Made by a program: the position numbers and the translations under genes. Shown here one piece after another: positions 17,272 to 27,363 of a DNA stretch of 64,000 nucleotides; position 1 is the stretch's first letter, and every line of letters starts with the position of its first letter. The notes beneath the pieces are model-generated. The model did no database searches, was not told where the DNA came from, and was given only the letters and a program-made list of their open reading frames with translations. Source of the stretch: Candidatus Poribacteria bacterium (lineage in GTDB: Bacteria; Poribacteria; WGA-4E; PCPOR2b); contig JAJEAL010000080.1 in assembly GCA_022822785.1 (NCBI GenBank), positions 448-64,447 of the forward strand, written 5' to 3'.

Positions 17272-18837
17272 TTAATGTCTAAAATGCCGGACACCGGTAA
17301 AGACCATCGCCATGCCGTACCGATCTGCCGTCTCAATCACAGGTTGGTCGCCCACCGAGCCGCCGGGCTGGATAATTGCCCGCACGCCTGCCTCGCCGGC
17401 GATTTCAACGCCATCCGGGAATGGGAAGTAGGCATCAGAAGCAAGGACGGATGTTTTGGCTCGGTCAGCTGCTTTTCGCGCCGCGATGATACACGAATCA
17501 ACACGACTCATCTGACCAGCACCGATACCGACCGTCTTTGAACCTTGAGCGAGTAAAACACAGTTTGATTTCACATGTTTACACGCCTTCCACGCAAACA
17601 GCAGTGATTCAATTTCCTCGTCTGTCGGTTGACGCTTTGTGACAACCTTCAGGTCATCGGGCGTTATTTCATGGAGGTCCCGGTCTTGCACAAGTACGCC
17701 GCCAATAACATTTCGCACCTGCTTAATCGAGGCATCCTGGCGAAGCTCACCCGTTTCGAGGATTGGTCGGCGTTTCACGCGGGAAAGGGCACGCAATGCT
17801 TTCGGGGTGTAGTTTGGAGCGATGATAGCATCAACTTTGATTCCTGCGTTTGCGGCTTCACGAATAGTGTTTGCTGCTTTTAGGGAGACTTTTCGGTTCA
17901 AACCGATGATACACCCGAAAGCAGAGGTCCGATCGCAATCGAGCGCGTTGTTGAACGCTTCTTCCAAGGTCCCGGCAGTCGCCAATCCGCACGGATTATT
18001 GTGCTTAATAATCACACAGGCCGGTTCGGAGAAGTCTTTGACGATTTCAATTGCTGCGTCTAAATCGAGAATGTTGTTGAACGAAAGTGGTTGGCCACTC
18101 AGTTGATTCGCCCACGCTGCACATGGCTCAGGTGACGCGTGGGTACGATAGAACGCCGCACGCTGGTGCGGATTCTCACCGTACCGGAGGCTTTGGGCAC
18201 TCTCGTACTGGAGATCTAGCAAGTTCGGAAAATTCGTATCGGTGGCATCTACATCGGCGAGATAACGTGAAATTGCAGCGTCGTAATGGGCGGTATGCAC
18301 AAATGCGGCTTTAGCTAATCGAAACCGGGTTTCTTCTGAAAGCCAACCTTTGTTTGCCGAAAATTCCGCGATAATATCAGGATACTGCTGCGGATCGGTT
18401 AGGATAGCGACATCTTGATAATTTTTGGCAGCTGCCCGAATCATTGACGGGCCACCGATATCGATATTTTCAATTGCTTCGACAATCTCTACCCCTTCTT
18501 TGGCGATTGTCGCCTCAAATGGATAGAGATTGGAAACGACGAGATCAATGAACTCAATTCCTTGGCTCGACGCTTCAACGACATGTTCAGGATTATTCCT
18601 CATTGCCAACAAGCCCCCGTGGATCTTCGGATGGAGTGTTTTTACCCGTCCATCGAGCATTTCCGGGAAACCGGTGTAATCGGATACCTCGCGAATATCA
18701 ATCCCCGATTCGCGGAGGGTGTTTGCAGTGCCCCCTGTAGAAAGAATCTCTACACCGTGTTGAATAAGACTTTTGGCAAGATTTATGAGATTAGTTTTAT
18801 CGTAGGTACTGATTAATGCACGTTGTATCTTCTTCAT
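17272..18837 (-). CDS. purH: bifunctional AICAR formyltransferase/IMP cyclohydrolase PurH
   Basis: [12 protein letters not shown] ... STGGTA ... [15 protein letters not shown] and the C-terminal AICARFT domain. The start is chosen at MKKIQRAL; the ORF track runs to 18891. Confidence 0.9.
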   Translation of the reverse strand: MKKIQRALISTYDKTNLINLAKSLIQHGVEILSTGGTANTLRESGIDIREVSDYTGFPEMLDGRVKTLHPKIHGGLLAMRNNPEHVVEASSQGIEFIDLVVSNLYPFEATIAKEGVEIVEAIENIDIGGPSMIRAAAKNYQDVAILTDPQQYPDIIAEFSANKGWLSEETRFRLAKAAFVHTAHYDAAISRYLADVDATDTNFPNLLDLQYESAQSLRYGENPHQRAAFYRTHASPEPCAAWANQLSGQPLSFNNILDLDAAIEIVKDFSEPACVIIKHNNPCGLATAGTLEEAFNNALDCDRTSAFGCIIGLNRKVSLKAANTIREAANAGIKVDAIIAPNYTPKALRALSRVKRRPILETGELRQDASIKQVRNVIGGVLVQDRDLHEITPDDLKVVTKRQPTDEEIESLLFAWKACKHVKSNCVLLAQGSKTVGIGAGQMSRVDSCIIAARKAADRAKTSVLASDAYFPFPDGVEIAGEAGVRAIIQPGGSVGDQPVIETADRYGMAMVFTGVRHFRH

Positions 18838-18973
18838 GCACCCTTCCTTTTTGGCCTTTGGTGCGAGTTGGTGCGGAGGTCGTTTCCACACCGTTCAATA
18901 ATTCATTCCCAAATCTATGAACCAACTGTTGTCACGTTTTGCACATCACACTTCACTCTCAGCGTCAACAGTG

Positions 18974-20287
18974 TTATGCTACATATCGAGGATGTCCAAA
19001 CCCATCGTTAGCAACGTGGCTGCGTGCAGGAATCTCTGACTGATCTGGAATAATTAAATCTATCGCTGAGGTGTTTTCGATAATCGTGCCATCACCCACC
19101 GAGACGTTTTTTCCAAGACGGATCACGCCCGGTTTGATGGATTCGCTCCGGATGGTGCCGATCACCACCGATGATCCAATATGGCAGCCCGTACCGATTT
19201 CAACAAACCCGTAGATTTCTGTATTTGTGCCGATGGTGGAGTGATTGCCGATCCGTACGGGGCCCAGCAGGCTTGCGTCCGTGCCAACCTGGACAAAGTC
19301 ACCAAGAATTGGGTGGCGCTGTTTGACTCTTACACTCAAGCCACCGAGCGTACACGGATAGATGACGCAGCCAGAACCGATAACGCCGGTCTGTCCGGTG
19401 GTAAATCCGCGGTGCGGGTGTTCTAAGAAATTCGCATCCCCAATCTGTGTTTCGGGATGGAGATCGGCTTGATAGTAACGACCACCAAGTTCAGAAATCG
19501 CGCGGGGCAGCAGGGGCACAGGACTTCGGTAAAGATTGGGATTGTCCTCAACGGGACCGGATCGGGTCAAAAGATAGCCAACATCGTGGTAGAACAGCAC
19601 TCGCCAGCCGGGGTAGGTGCTGACAACTAATTGCATCTGATAGTCAAAGGCGAACCCCACATTGAGGGCATCTAGTACACTTCGATAAGGCTGAAACTCC
19701 CGTCTTAGGATGGCTTCGTCTACCTTGCTGCGCATATCCAATTCGATAAGTTTTTCGCGCGAAATACCGCTGTGGAGCAGATAAGCATCCCACACCGCCG
19801 GGTCTCTCAAAGAGGCAAAACGGTTCCAGAGCGCACGCTCTTTCAGTCGAGGCAATTCCCAGAGCAGGGCAAACGTAGTGTCCAATGCACGGCTTTCCAA
19901 CTCCCTTTCATCGGTGACTGCCAAGAAGGATTGGGCGATCATCGCGTAAAGCTGGTCGGCGACCTCTTCGATTGCTTCCGACAATTGGCCTCTACGGTTT
20001 TCTGAGCGCAGCGCATTATGGGAACCGGGTGCTACACATTCCAAGAGGTTACCGAGCACTGTTTCGAGGATATCCCGATTGACAAATCCCCGTCCAGAGC
20101 GCAGAGAGAGGATATCTCGGCTTTCACTGTCGATGCGTAAGACCTTCAGTTCGTTCTCAGAATAGATTGGGCGTAATCGCTCTAATACCTGCGTCAGGAG
20201 AGGACGCTTCCGGCTTTCGTAGGTTGAATCAAAAAGAGTAGTTTCGAGCATATCGTTTGTACTTTCAATCTGTGAAATTTTTGTCAA
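18974..20287 (-). CDS. serine O-acetyltransferase-like left-handed beta-helix acyltransferase with an extended N-terminal domain
   Basis: C-terminal hexapeptide repeats (IGTNTEIYGFVEIGTGCHIGSSVVIG). SLRDPAV and YPGWRVLFYHDVGYLL resemble the CysE SATase_N region. 437 aa, with about 270 aa ahead of the beta-helix. Confidence 0.55.
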   Translation of the reverse strand: MTKISQIESTNDMLETTLFDSTYESRKRPLLTQVLERLRPIYSENELKVLRIDSESRDILSLRSGRGFVNRDILETVLGNLLECVAPGSHNALRSENRRGQLSEAIEEVADQLYAMIAQSFLAVTDERELESRALDTTFALLWELPRLKERALWNRFASLRDPAVWDAYLLHSGISREKLIELDMRSKVDEAILRREFQPYRSVLDALNVGFAFDYQMQLVVSTYPGWRVLFYHDVGYLLTRSGPVEDNPNLYRSPVPLLPRAISELGGRYYQADLHPETQIGDANFLEHPHRGFTTGQTGVIGSGCVIYPCTLGGLSVRVKQRHPILGDFVQVGTDASLLGPVRIGNHSTIGTNTEIYGFVEIGTGCHIGSSVVIGTIRSESIKPGVIRLGKNVSVGDGTIIENTSAIDLIIPDQSEIPARSHVANDGFGHPRYVA

Positions 20288-20328
20288 TCCTGCTGGGTTC
20301 GGAATGAGATGGTCTCAAGGGTAGAAGC

Positions 20329-21141
20329 TTATGCAAACCTCAATTTCACATTGGATTGGGCGAGGTCGTACTTCACTGCGAATTTATAAAACTTCTGTAG
20401 TCCGGCAATTTCAGAATCACCGAGCTCATAAAAGATATGCTTGGTCAAATAATCTCGACAAAGCTGTTCCGGGAAACCGATTTTTTGGGATTCAATTCGG
20501 ACAATCTCAGAGATTTTTTTAATCCCATCTTCCTTTGCATTCAGAAGAGTTTGCGGAACTTGTCCTAACTCCACCTCTCCTCGGGCCACCCAGCACGCGT
20601 AGACAAACGGTAATCCTGTCAATTCACTCCATTCCGCCCCGAGATCTAAGGTATAATCTGTTGCACCGAGTCTTTTCAACGCTGTATCCCCAATCAATAG
20701 GACTGCATCCACATCGGCAGATCGTGGGTCGATAGTGGGTGGACAGGAATGAAATTCGGGGTAGACTCGATATTTTTCGGCAAGCACAATCTTCACGAGC
20801 GCACGAGATGAGCGCGAGCTTGTGTCAAGCGCAACACTACGGATTGCAGGAATCGGTACGCGACTGAGTAATTGGATGCTCAATACCGGGCCCCGCGAAC
20901 AGATTGAAATGTGCCGTATAATCCTATACCCACTCTCCGCTCGGAAATACTCAATGATTGGAATCAATCCAATATCAAGATTTCCGTCTCCTAATTCTGT
21001 TGCTAAACGACTTGGTACCGCTAGACTGAGTTTAATCTCATCGCTGCCGGGGAATTGGGGGACCTTCAAAAGGGGATAAATCAGTGGTTTCGTGTTCAGA
21101 TATGAAACCGCTCCAACTTTCACGCGGCTTTCCTGTGCCAT
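20329..21141 (-). CDS. mqnA: chorismate dehydratase MqnA (futalosine pathway, DUF178)
   Basis: VKVGAVSYLNTKPLIYPL is the MqnA/MqnD-family signature. 270 aa. It sits next to the radical-SAM mqn gene. Confidence 0.75.
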   Translation of the reverse strand: MAQESRVKVGAVSYLNTKPLIYPLLKVPQFPGSDEIKLSLAVPSRLATELGDGNLDIGLIPIIEYFRAESGYRIIRHISICSRGPVLSIQLLSRVPIPAIRSVALDTSSRSSRALVKIVLAEKYRVYPEFHSCPPTIDPRSADVDAVLLIGDTALKRLGATDYTLDLGAEWSELTGLPFVYACWVARGEVELGQVPQTLLNAKEDGIKKISEIVRIESQKIGFPEQLCRDYLTKHIFYELGDSEIAGLQKFYKFAVKYDLAQSNVKLRFA

Positions 21142-22283
21142 TGATTCCCTTCTCGGATAATTTCGTTATAGAGCGTATCGCGTTCAACGGGAATGCGACC
21201 TGCTTCCCCGATTACTTGGATAATTTCTTCTGCTGAAATGGCTTCCGGCGTGTCTGCCCCCGCCATATGCGTAATCTTCTCCTCCGTCACTGTACCATCG
21301 ATATCATCTGCACCAAAGCTCAGCGCAATTTGGGCTGTCTTCAGTCCAGTCATAATCCAATACACCTTGATGTGTGGGAAATTGTCAAGCAACAAGCGCG
21401 ACACAGCTATATTTTGCAGGTCAGTCAAGCCGGACGTGCTTGGTAGGTAATCCATTCGTGTGTTATCAGGATGGAACGCCAACGGAATAAAGGTGACGAA
21501 GCCGCCCGATTTGTCTTGTTGTTCACGAAGACGAATCAAATGATCTACGCGATCCTCGCTCGTTTCGAGGTGTCCATAGAGCATTGTCGCATTTGTTGAG
21601 ATACCGAGACGGTGTGCGATGTCATGCACCTCAAGCCATCCCTCCGCGCTCAGCTTGCCGGGACAGATTTTTTCCCGTGTCTCTTCCGCAAAGATTTCCG
21701 CCCCGCCGCCGGGTAGCGAATCTAGCCCTGCCTCGCGTAACGCAATCAAGACCTCCTCAATCGACATCTTGAATATCCGAGCGAAGTGGTGAATCTCGAC
21801 AGCTGTAAAAAACTTCAGATGAACCTGTGGCATCCGTCTCTTCAGTCCGCGGAGCATGTCGAGATAGTATTCAAACGGTAGCTTCGGGTGCAGTCCACCG
21901 ACGCTGTGAATCTCCGTGCAACCGTGGTCAATGGAATACATCGCCTTATCCAAAAATTCATCGACGCTCATCTCCCATGCCCCGTCGGTTTCTATATTCT
22001 TCCGTGCAAACGCGCAAAAGTGACAACGTGCGTGCAGGATACACACGTTTGAGTAGTCGATATGTTGATTGAAGTTGTAATAGGCGACATTTCCATTTTG
22101 TCGCTCCCGGACGATATTGGCGAGATAGCCAACGCCGTTAATATCCGGGCTTTCGTAGAGCCTTACCCCATCTTCAAAAGAGAGGCGCTCATCAGCGTGA
22201 ACTTTTTCGTAGATGGGGTGAAGCGTTGCGTCTGTTATTGGTAAAAGTCTTTCCATCGTTGCTCCTATTTCGTTTTTAATCAA
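21120..22283 (-). CDS. radical SAM menaquinone-biosynthesis enzyme of the MqnC/MqnE family (cyclic dehypoxanthinyl futalosine synthase or aminofutalosine synthase)
   Basis: GNVAYYNFNQHIDYSNVCILHARCHFCAF ... GGLHP ... TMLYGHLET. 387 aa. The cysteine spacing is CX5CX2C, confirmed from the DNA, not the usual CX3CX2C. Confidence 0.7.
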   Translation of the reverse strand: MIKNEIGATMERLLPITDATLHPIYEKVHADERLSFEDGVRLYESPDINGVGYLANIVRERQNGNVAYYNFNQHIDYSNVCILHARCHFCAFARKNIETDGAWEMSVDEFLDKAMYSIDHGCTEIHSVGGLHPKLPFEYYLDMLRGLKRRMPQVHLKFFTAVEIHHFARIFKMSIEEVLIALREAGLDSLPGGGAEIFAEETREKICPGKLSAEGWLEVHDIAHRLGISTNATMLYGHLETSEDRVDHLIRLREQQDKSGGFVTFIPLAFHPDNTRMDYLPSTSGLTDLQNIAVSRLLLDNFPHIKVYWIMTGLKTAQIALSFGADDIDGTVTEEKITHMAGADTPEAISAEEIIQVIGEAGRIPVERDTLYNEIIREGNQWHRKAA

Positions 22284-22383
22284 TTTCTAAATTTTTCAAA
22301 GTACTGATCAATCTCAGTCCGTAATTCAATGCCAACTTTTTCAAAACAATCCAATAAATCTTGATATGCGCCGTTTCCACCCG

Positions 22384-23976
22384 CTATTTTGACTTTAGAT
22401 GGAAGATACTTTCGGAGTACGCGCTTTTGTCCTTTTCTGTTCTGTTGAGAACAGGTCGTTTATATTGATTGACAATTCTCATTCCTGAACGTTCCGCAAT
22501 CGTTGGATACATATTGAACTTATCATTTGCTACCAGAAAAACATCATAATCTTGGACTAAGAATCTTTTACAATTCTGCAGCACTTCCGAAATACCTTTG
22601 ATATATCGCTCTCTAGCTTCTTTTCCCTTACCCTTGAAGAGCGGTCCAATTTCTAGCTCATCTTTTCGGTCAAATTCAAATAAATCGTAAGCATAGGCGT
22701 GTTGTTCGTGATAGTTGATGAGTCCAACATACGGCGGACTAGAGAAAATCCCTTTAATCTTCTGTTTTTTCACGAGTTGAGCAAAATCTGGGTTATCTGC
22801 TTTTAATGCCTTGATAATATCAATTGTCCGAGAATCTCCGGTCAGACAGGTTTGAAATGTGTCTGTCCTTAATTTATCAAACCGTACAAGGCGTTGAAGC
22901 GTATCTTGGCTGTATCGTTCCCACCAACTCAATATTGAAAATAGGGGTCTGCACATTTTACCATGTTTGGCACAGTAATAGACTGCCGTTACAGGTTCTT
23001 TCAAGGTTGCCAAATCTGCATGAGTTGTTGCCCGGCAAGTACGGATCGTTCGACTCAGAATAACCTGAATTACCCGCCGTGTTTCACGATTGTGGATATG
23101 TTTGACGCGCTCAAAGACAAGGTCAATTTCTTCTCTTACAGGCGATAAGTACCACATATCGAGGAAATTCTCTGATTTTCTTTGCCACAACTGGACTCCA
23201 TATTGGTTGATTAGTTGAAAGTATCTGAGTGAGAATTGGTCCTCTTTTTCTTTTCCATATTTCTCTTGATCAATCTGTCCCTGCCTGACTTGGTATTTGA
23301 AATCAGGAGACGGGAAATATTCATTATTAAACTCCTTCAGCTCTTCGGCGAGTTGTGCTTCAAATTGAGCGATATTGGATTTGCCGATAAACCGCTTCAA
23401 GGCGTTTGTGATGCTGTGAATTTCATTTTGTACATCAACAAGACTATGTTTTTCTATTTTAATGTTGCTTATGAGCGTGTTAAATGCAGAAATATCAACC
23501 CCGATAGCGTGCATTCCAAGTTCGTTAGCTTGTACTAGCGTTGTGCCGCTACCACAAAACGGATCAAGCACAATATCACCTTGTTTGAAACATACATCTT
23601 TTTTGAAATCATCTGTGTGATCATCTAAGAAGTATTCAACCAGTTGAGGGATGAATTTGCCTTTATATGGGTGGAGTCTATGGACATGTTTCGTCGTGTC
23701 GGCTTCTTTCAGATAATCAAATGACAGTCCCCAATTGATATCTTCGCCTAATTGTGCCTTCCAGTTGATTTCTCGGGTTCCCAGATATGAATGATAGTAT
23801 TTAATCAAATCTTGTTTTGAGACTCTAGTGGAACCATTGCTGTCATGTTTGCGGATTCGTCCATATTGAATCAGATAGGAAATGTTGGAAGCCGTCACAT
23901 TTTTTTTCGTATAGTCGGTTGCCCATTTACTGGCTTCAGGGATTGTCATTAAATCCGTATCTTCAATCATTGTCAA
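22384..23976 (-). CDS. DNA methyltransferase (N-4/N-6 family) with DPFCGSGTT and SPPY motifs, no partner restriction-enzyme gene nearby, and low GC
   Basis: DPFCGSGTT at about aa 140 and SPPYVGL at about aa 410. 530 aa. Local GC of about 40% against about 52% in flanking genes. Confidence 0.7.
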   Translation of the reverse strand: MTMIEDTDLMTIPEASKWATDYTKKNVTASNISYLIQYGRIRKHDSNGSTRVSKQDLIKYYHSYLGTREINWKAQLGEDINWGLSFDYLKEADTTKHVHRLHPYKGKFIPQLVEYFLDDHTDDFKKDVCFKQGDIVLDPFCGSGTTLVQANELGMHAIGVDISAFNTLISNIKIEKHSLVDVQNEIHSITNALKRFIGKSNIAQFEAQLAEELKEFNNEYFPSPDFKYQVRQGQIDQEKYGKEKEDQFSLRYFQLINQYGVQLWQRKSENFLDMWYLSPVREEIDLVFERVKHIHNRETRRVIQVILSRTIRTCRATTHADLATLKEPVTAVYYCAKHGKMCRPLFSILSWWERYSQDTLQRLVRFDKLRTDTFQTCLTGDSRTIDIIKALKADNPDFAQLVKKQKIKGIFSSPPYVGLINYHEQHAYAYDLFEFDRKDELEIGPLFKGKGKEARERYIKGISEVLQNCKRFLVQDYDVFLVANDKFNMYPTIAERSGMRIVNQYKRPVLNRTEKDKSAYSESIFHLKSK

Positions 23977-24146
23977 TTTACCTTTTCGTCAAGAATTCTA
24001 CATAGATTCCCATGATCGGATATTCAGTATTATAGCCCAGCCTATGCGACGGTGCAAGCGAATATTTCGTCTTGCTTGCGGCTTTCCTTTCTGGTAGACT
24101 TTCGGTGCTGTGCAATGCGCCTGTTTATTTTGTGAGGTAAGTTACA

Positions 24147-24947
24147 ATGGATTTAACACCAGCCCCTATTATCACACTGATGACCGATTTTGGGACAAGC
24201 GACCACTACGTCGGGGTCATGAAGGGTGTGATTCTAAAGATCAATCCGCAAGCTCAGGTTGTCGACATCACGCACGCTATTCCACCACAGGATATTAACG
24301 GTGCGGCGTTCCTGATTGATTCGGCATATAGCTACTTCCCGATGGGGACCATCCATGTGATAGTGGTAGACCCAGGGGTGGGCAGTAGCCGTCGTGCCCT
24401 CGTTTGCCAAACACGAACGGCTTACTTCGTCTGTCCAGACAATGGATTGCTAACCCATATCCTCCGTAATGAAGGATGGGCCCATACCGTGGCCGTGGAG
24501 AACTCCGCTTACGTTCTGCCGCGGGTGAGCAACACCTTTCACGGTCGGGACATCTTCGCCCCCGTCGCAGCACACCTTTCACGCGGCGTACCGATCGGCA
24601 CACTAGGAGACCCGGTTTCACAGCTCGTTCAACTCCCCCTCCCAAAACCTCAAGTGACGGAGAACACAATTGTTGGACAGGTCATTTGGATCGATTCCTT
24701 CGGCAATTTGGTCACAAATATTTCCCACAGAATATTGGGGGCGCTGGACGGACGAAACGATATTGTTGTCCGTGCGGGGAGCGCAGAGATCCATCGTCTC
24801 AACCGCTCGTACGCTGAATCGGCAGTCGGTGAGGCGTTAGCAATCATCGGCAGTTCTAATCGACTGGAAATCTCAATTAATCAAGGGGATGCAGCACAAA
24901 TCCTCGGACTGAAGCGCGGCGATACAATCACAATCTGTGCGACATAA
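24147..24947 (+). CDS. DUF62 family SAM hydroxide adenosyltransferase-like protein (cytoplasmic paralog)
   Basis: IITLMTDFGTSDHYVGVMKG ... VVDPGVGSSRRALV ... HGRDIFAPVAAHL. 266 aa, no signal peptide. Confidence 0.8.
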   Translation: MDLTPAPIITLMTDFGTSDHYVGVMKGVILKINPQAQVVDITHAIPPQDINGAAFLIDSAYSYFPMGTIHVIVVDPGVGSSRRALVCQTRTAYFVCPDNGLLTHILRNEGWAHTVAVENSAYVLPRVSNTFHGRDIFAPVAAHLSRGVPIGTLGDPVSQLVQLPLPKPQVTENTIVGQVIWIDSFGNLVTNISHRILGALDGRNDIVVRAGSAEIHRLNRSYAESAVGEALAIIGSSNRLEISINQGDAAQILGLKRGDTITICAT

Positions 24948-25018
24948 CGCCATCATATCTCTGTGAATTTTGCAAACCTGAGCCGTTACCGTGGATGCAA
25001 AGCGGGTCAAATGGAAAT

Positions 25019-25795
25019 CTACTTCATCGTCGCTGTGCACCTCTCTTTGGGTTTAGGGTAGGTTTCGAGGAAACCGTGTGGGATGCGTAGGAGATACTTC
25101 AGCCAACTTCCCTCCGGTGCATCTTCAAATAAACGCTGGTAAAGTGCATCGCCTCCAAAGGAATTTGCGATCACCCCAGGGCAGTAAGTAAAGATGATTG
25201 TCCGACGCACTTTATCGGTGGTATTCAAGGAGGCATGACGCATATCATGGGTGAACAGCAGGACAGATCCCGCTTTCATCGGGATTTCAACATACATATC
25301 CTTCAACACGTCCTCGGATGGCGACGGGTAATTTGCTTTGTGGCTCCCCGGAATGACCTGTAACCCACCCTCACCAGGGTGGATGTCGCGCATGGCATAA
25401 AACACTTGGAAAAGATTGTGATGGATACGCCCATTAAAGTGATAGAAATTGTGCGTTACCGATGGGGTGTGGTTGGAGTGAGCGACTGTCCTGCCCCCAT
25501 TCCACTTAAACGTCACCCATGTTGACTTGAGTCTGGGACGGTCCACCATCTCATCAATATACGGAAGCACCTTGGGATTCACAACGAGGTCTAATAAGGA
25601 CGGCTCCTGATTCAGAATATCATCGTATCTTACTTCAGGATTCGCTGATTCGGGCAAGGCGCGAAAATCTTGCAGTGCTCGTTTTTCCCAAACATCCAAA
25701 CGTTCGTTCAGATATATGAGATAATCCGGCGCAATGGCATCTTCGATCAGCAGATACCCGTTCACATCGTAATGATACAGTTCTTCGGGTGTCAC
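25019..25795 (-). CDS. PhyH-family dioxygenase paralog lacking an obvious HxD/E motif
   Basis: YHYDVNGYLLIEDAI ... LQVIPGSHKAN ... LLFTHDMRHASLNTTDKVRR. The window where WHxD should lie reads AHSNHTPSVTHNFYHFNGRIHHN. Confidence 0.65.
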   Translation of the reverse strand: MTPEELYHYDVNGYLLIEDAIAPDYLIYLNERLDVWEKRALQDFRALPESANPEVRYDDILNQEPSLLDLVVNPKVLPYIDEMVDRPRLKSTWVTFKWNGGRTVAHSNHTPSVTHNFYHFNGRIHHNLFQVFYAMRDIHPGEGGLQVIPGSHKANYPSPSEDVLKDMYVEIPMKAGSVLLFTHDMRHASLNTTDKVRRTIIFTYCPGVIANSFGGDALYQRLFEDAPEGSWLKYLLRIPHGFLETYPKPKERCTATMK

Positions 25796-25889
25796 TATGA
25801 AATGCTCCTTTGAGTTCGCGCGGTTTAGCAGAAAATTCCTTTAGATCTAAAACCCAAAATGTAGCGAAAAGCTATAGTTGTTCCCAGTG

Positions 25890-26678
25890 TTATACTTCCT
25901 CCACCGGCACATACTCCGGAAAAACTTTCGGATAGCCGCGTCCGGTTGAGACCTGACGAGTCGCTGCGTCAATGTAGCACACGCTGAATCCTCGTCGTGG
26001 ACGATTTGTGGTGTTGATTTCTGAGCGATGCAACGTCCAATTATGGAGCAGCACGACCTCTCCCCGCTCCATCTCTATATAGATTCGCTTCTCGTCCGGC
26101 GCATGGATCGCGCGCTCTTCTGGAGATAGCTGGTCACCTGTTTCGGGGATAAGGCTTTTGTGCGATCCCGGAATAATTTGTAGACACCCGTTAGCGACGC
26201 TCGTCGGATCCAGCGCTGTCCAGATTGTCACCTTTGGTGGAATGCTTAGTCCCCAACCGCCGGCACCGTCCTGATGCCAATTGATAACTACCCCTTGCTC
26301 CGCTGGCTTGTTGAAAAACATCGTGCGAAAAGTGGAGACCTCTTCTCCAATAATCTTCTGTGTGATGTCCCGAAACAGTGGATGTCGTATGTAAAGCAGA
26401 AATAGTGGATCTTGATCAAGGTCCTGAATCTTTCGATATTTGAGGGAAGAGCCCTTAAACGCTTTCGTTTGCTTCGATAATTCTGGGTGACCGGCTGACG
26501 GGCATAGTTGCATCAGCATATTGTCATAACGAATCTTACCTAACATAATATCATCAATGCGCTGGCAGAGTGCCTTAATCTCTTCGTCCCGGGCGACCTT
26601 GCCCAGACGCACATACCCCTGATCGTGAAATACTGCAAGTTCATCATCGGTTAAAACGGGTCCGTGTAGGTTCGCCAT
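25890..26678 (-). CDS. PhyH-family Fe(II)/2OG dioxygenase
   Basis: FHDQGYVRL ... INWHQDGAGGW ... IIPGSHKSL ... LLHNWTLHRSEINTTNRPRR. 262 aa. Confidence 0.75.
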   Translation of the reverse strand: MANLHGPVLTDDELAVFHDQGYVRLGKVARDEEIKALCQRIDDIMLGKIRYDNMLMQLCPSAGHPELSKQTKAFKGSSLKYRKIQDLDQDPLFLLYIRHPLFRDITQKIIGEEVSTFRTMFFNKPAEQGVVINWHQDGAGGWGLSIPPKVTIWTALDPTSVANGCLQIIPGSHKSLIPETGDQLSPEERAIHAPDEKRIYIEMERGEVVLLHNWTLHRSEINTTNRPRRGFSVCYIDAATRQVSTGRGYPKVFPEYVPVEEV

Positions 26679-26726
26679 AGTAAACCTCCTAAATAACCGT
26701 GCCGATTCAATTACCTATTCGATAGT

Positions 26727-27335
26727 TTAGTGGGATGTGCGGTAGATAGTTACCTCCATCGCATCACGTTTGACCCAAGGTAGGTCTGTCTCGAACCAAT
26801 GGGTGCGACTCTCATGGTGGGAACGAACATGGTTTAAATAGTCCGCCATTCCCGCTGCCCCAATTCCCACGTTGTCAGCAACAACAGTCGCTCCGTCGGT
26901 TAGCTGCGATTCAATCGCCTGAAAGCAGGGAAAATAGTTGCCGTAGTTATTGTCGAGCAGTAGAAAATCGACCGGCTTTCGGATAGTTTTCAGCACCTCC
27001 GCGGCATCCCCAATCCGCGAATCAATTAAATCCTGAACATTGGCACGCCTAAAGTTTTCCCGTGCTTCGTGAGCGCGCCCTGTGTCTATTTCGACGGTGA
27101 TTAATCTGCCCTTGCCTACTGATTTGAGTGCGCCGATCATCCATAGGCCCGAATAGCCGATAGCAGTCCCGCATTCGATAATCAAGGATGGTTCCACTTT
27201 CCGCACTAGGCCTGCGAGAAATTCAGCTTTTTCAGATCCGAGCATCGGAATATGCTGTTCTCGACATCGTTCGTCGACTTCCTGTAATACCTGATCAAAT
27301 ACTGTCATTGGTGTACCGACCTCCTCTATTTTCAA
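26727..27335 (-). CDS. class I SAM-dependent O-methyltransferase (catechol-OMT-like, Methyltransf_24/3)
   Basis: IIECGTAIGYSGLWM ... LITVEID ... FDFLLLDNNYGNYF. 202 aa. Confidence 0.7.
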   Translation of the reverse strand: MKIEEVGTPMTVFDQVLQEVDERCREQHIPMLGSEKAEFLAGLVRKVEPSLIIECGTAIGYSGLWMIGALKSVGKGRLITVEIDTGRAHEARENFRRANVQDLIDSRIGDAAEVLKTIRKPVDFLLLDNNYGNYFPCFQAIESQLTDGATVVADNVGIGAAGMADYLNHVRSHHESRTHWFETDLPWVKRDAMEVTIYRTSH

Positions 27336-27363
27336 GGTCTAGGCTGCCCTAGAAATTCCTTTG

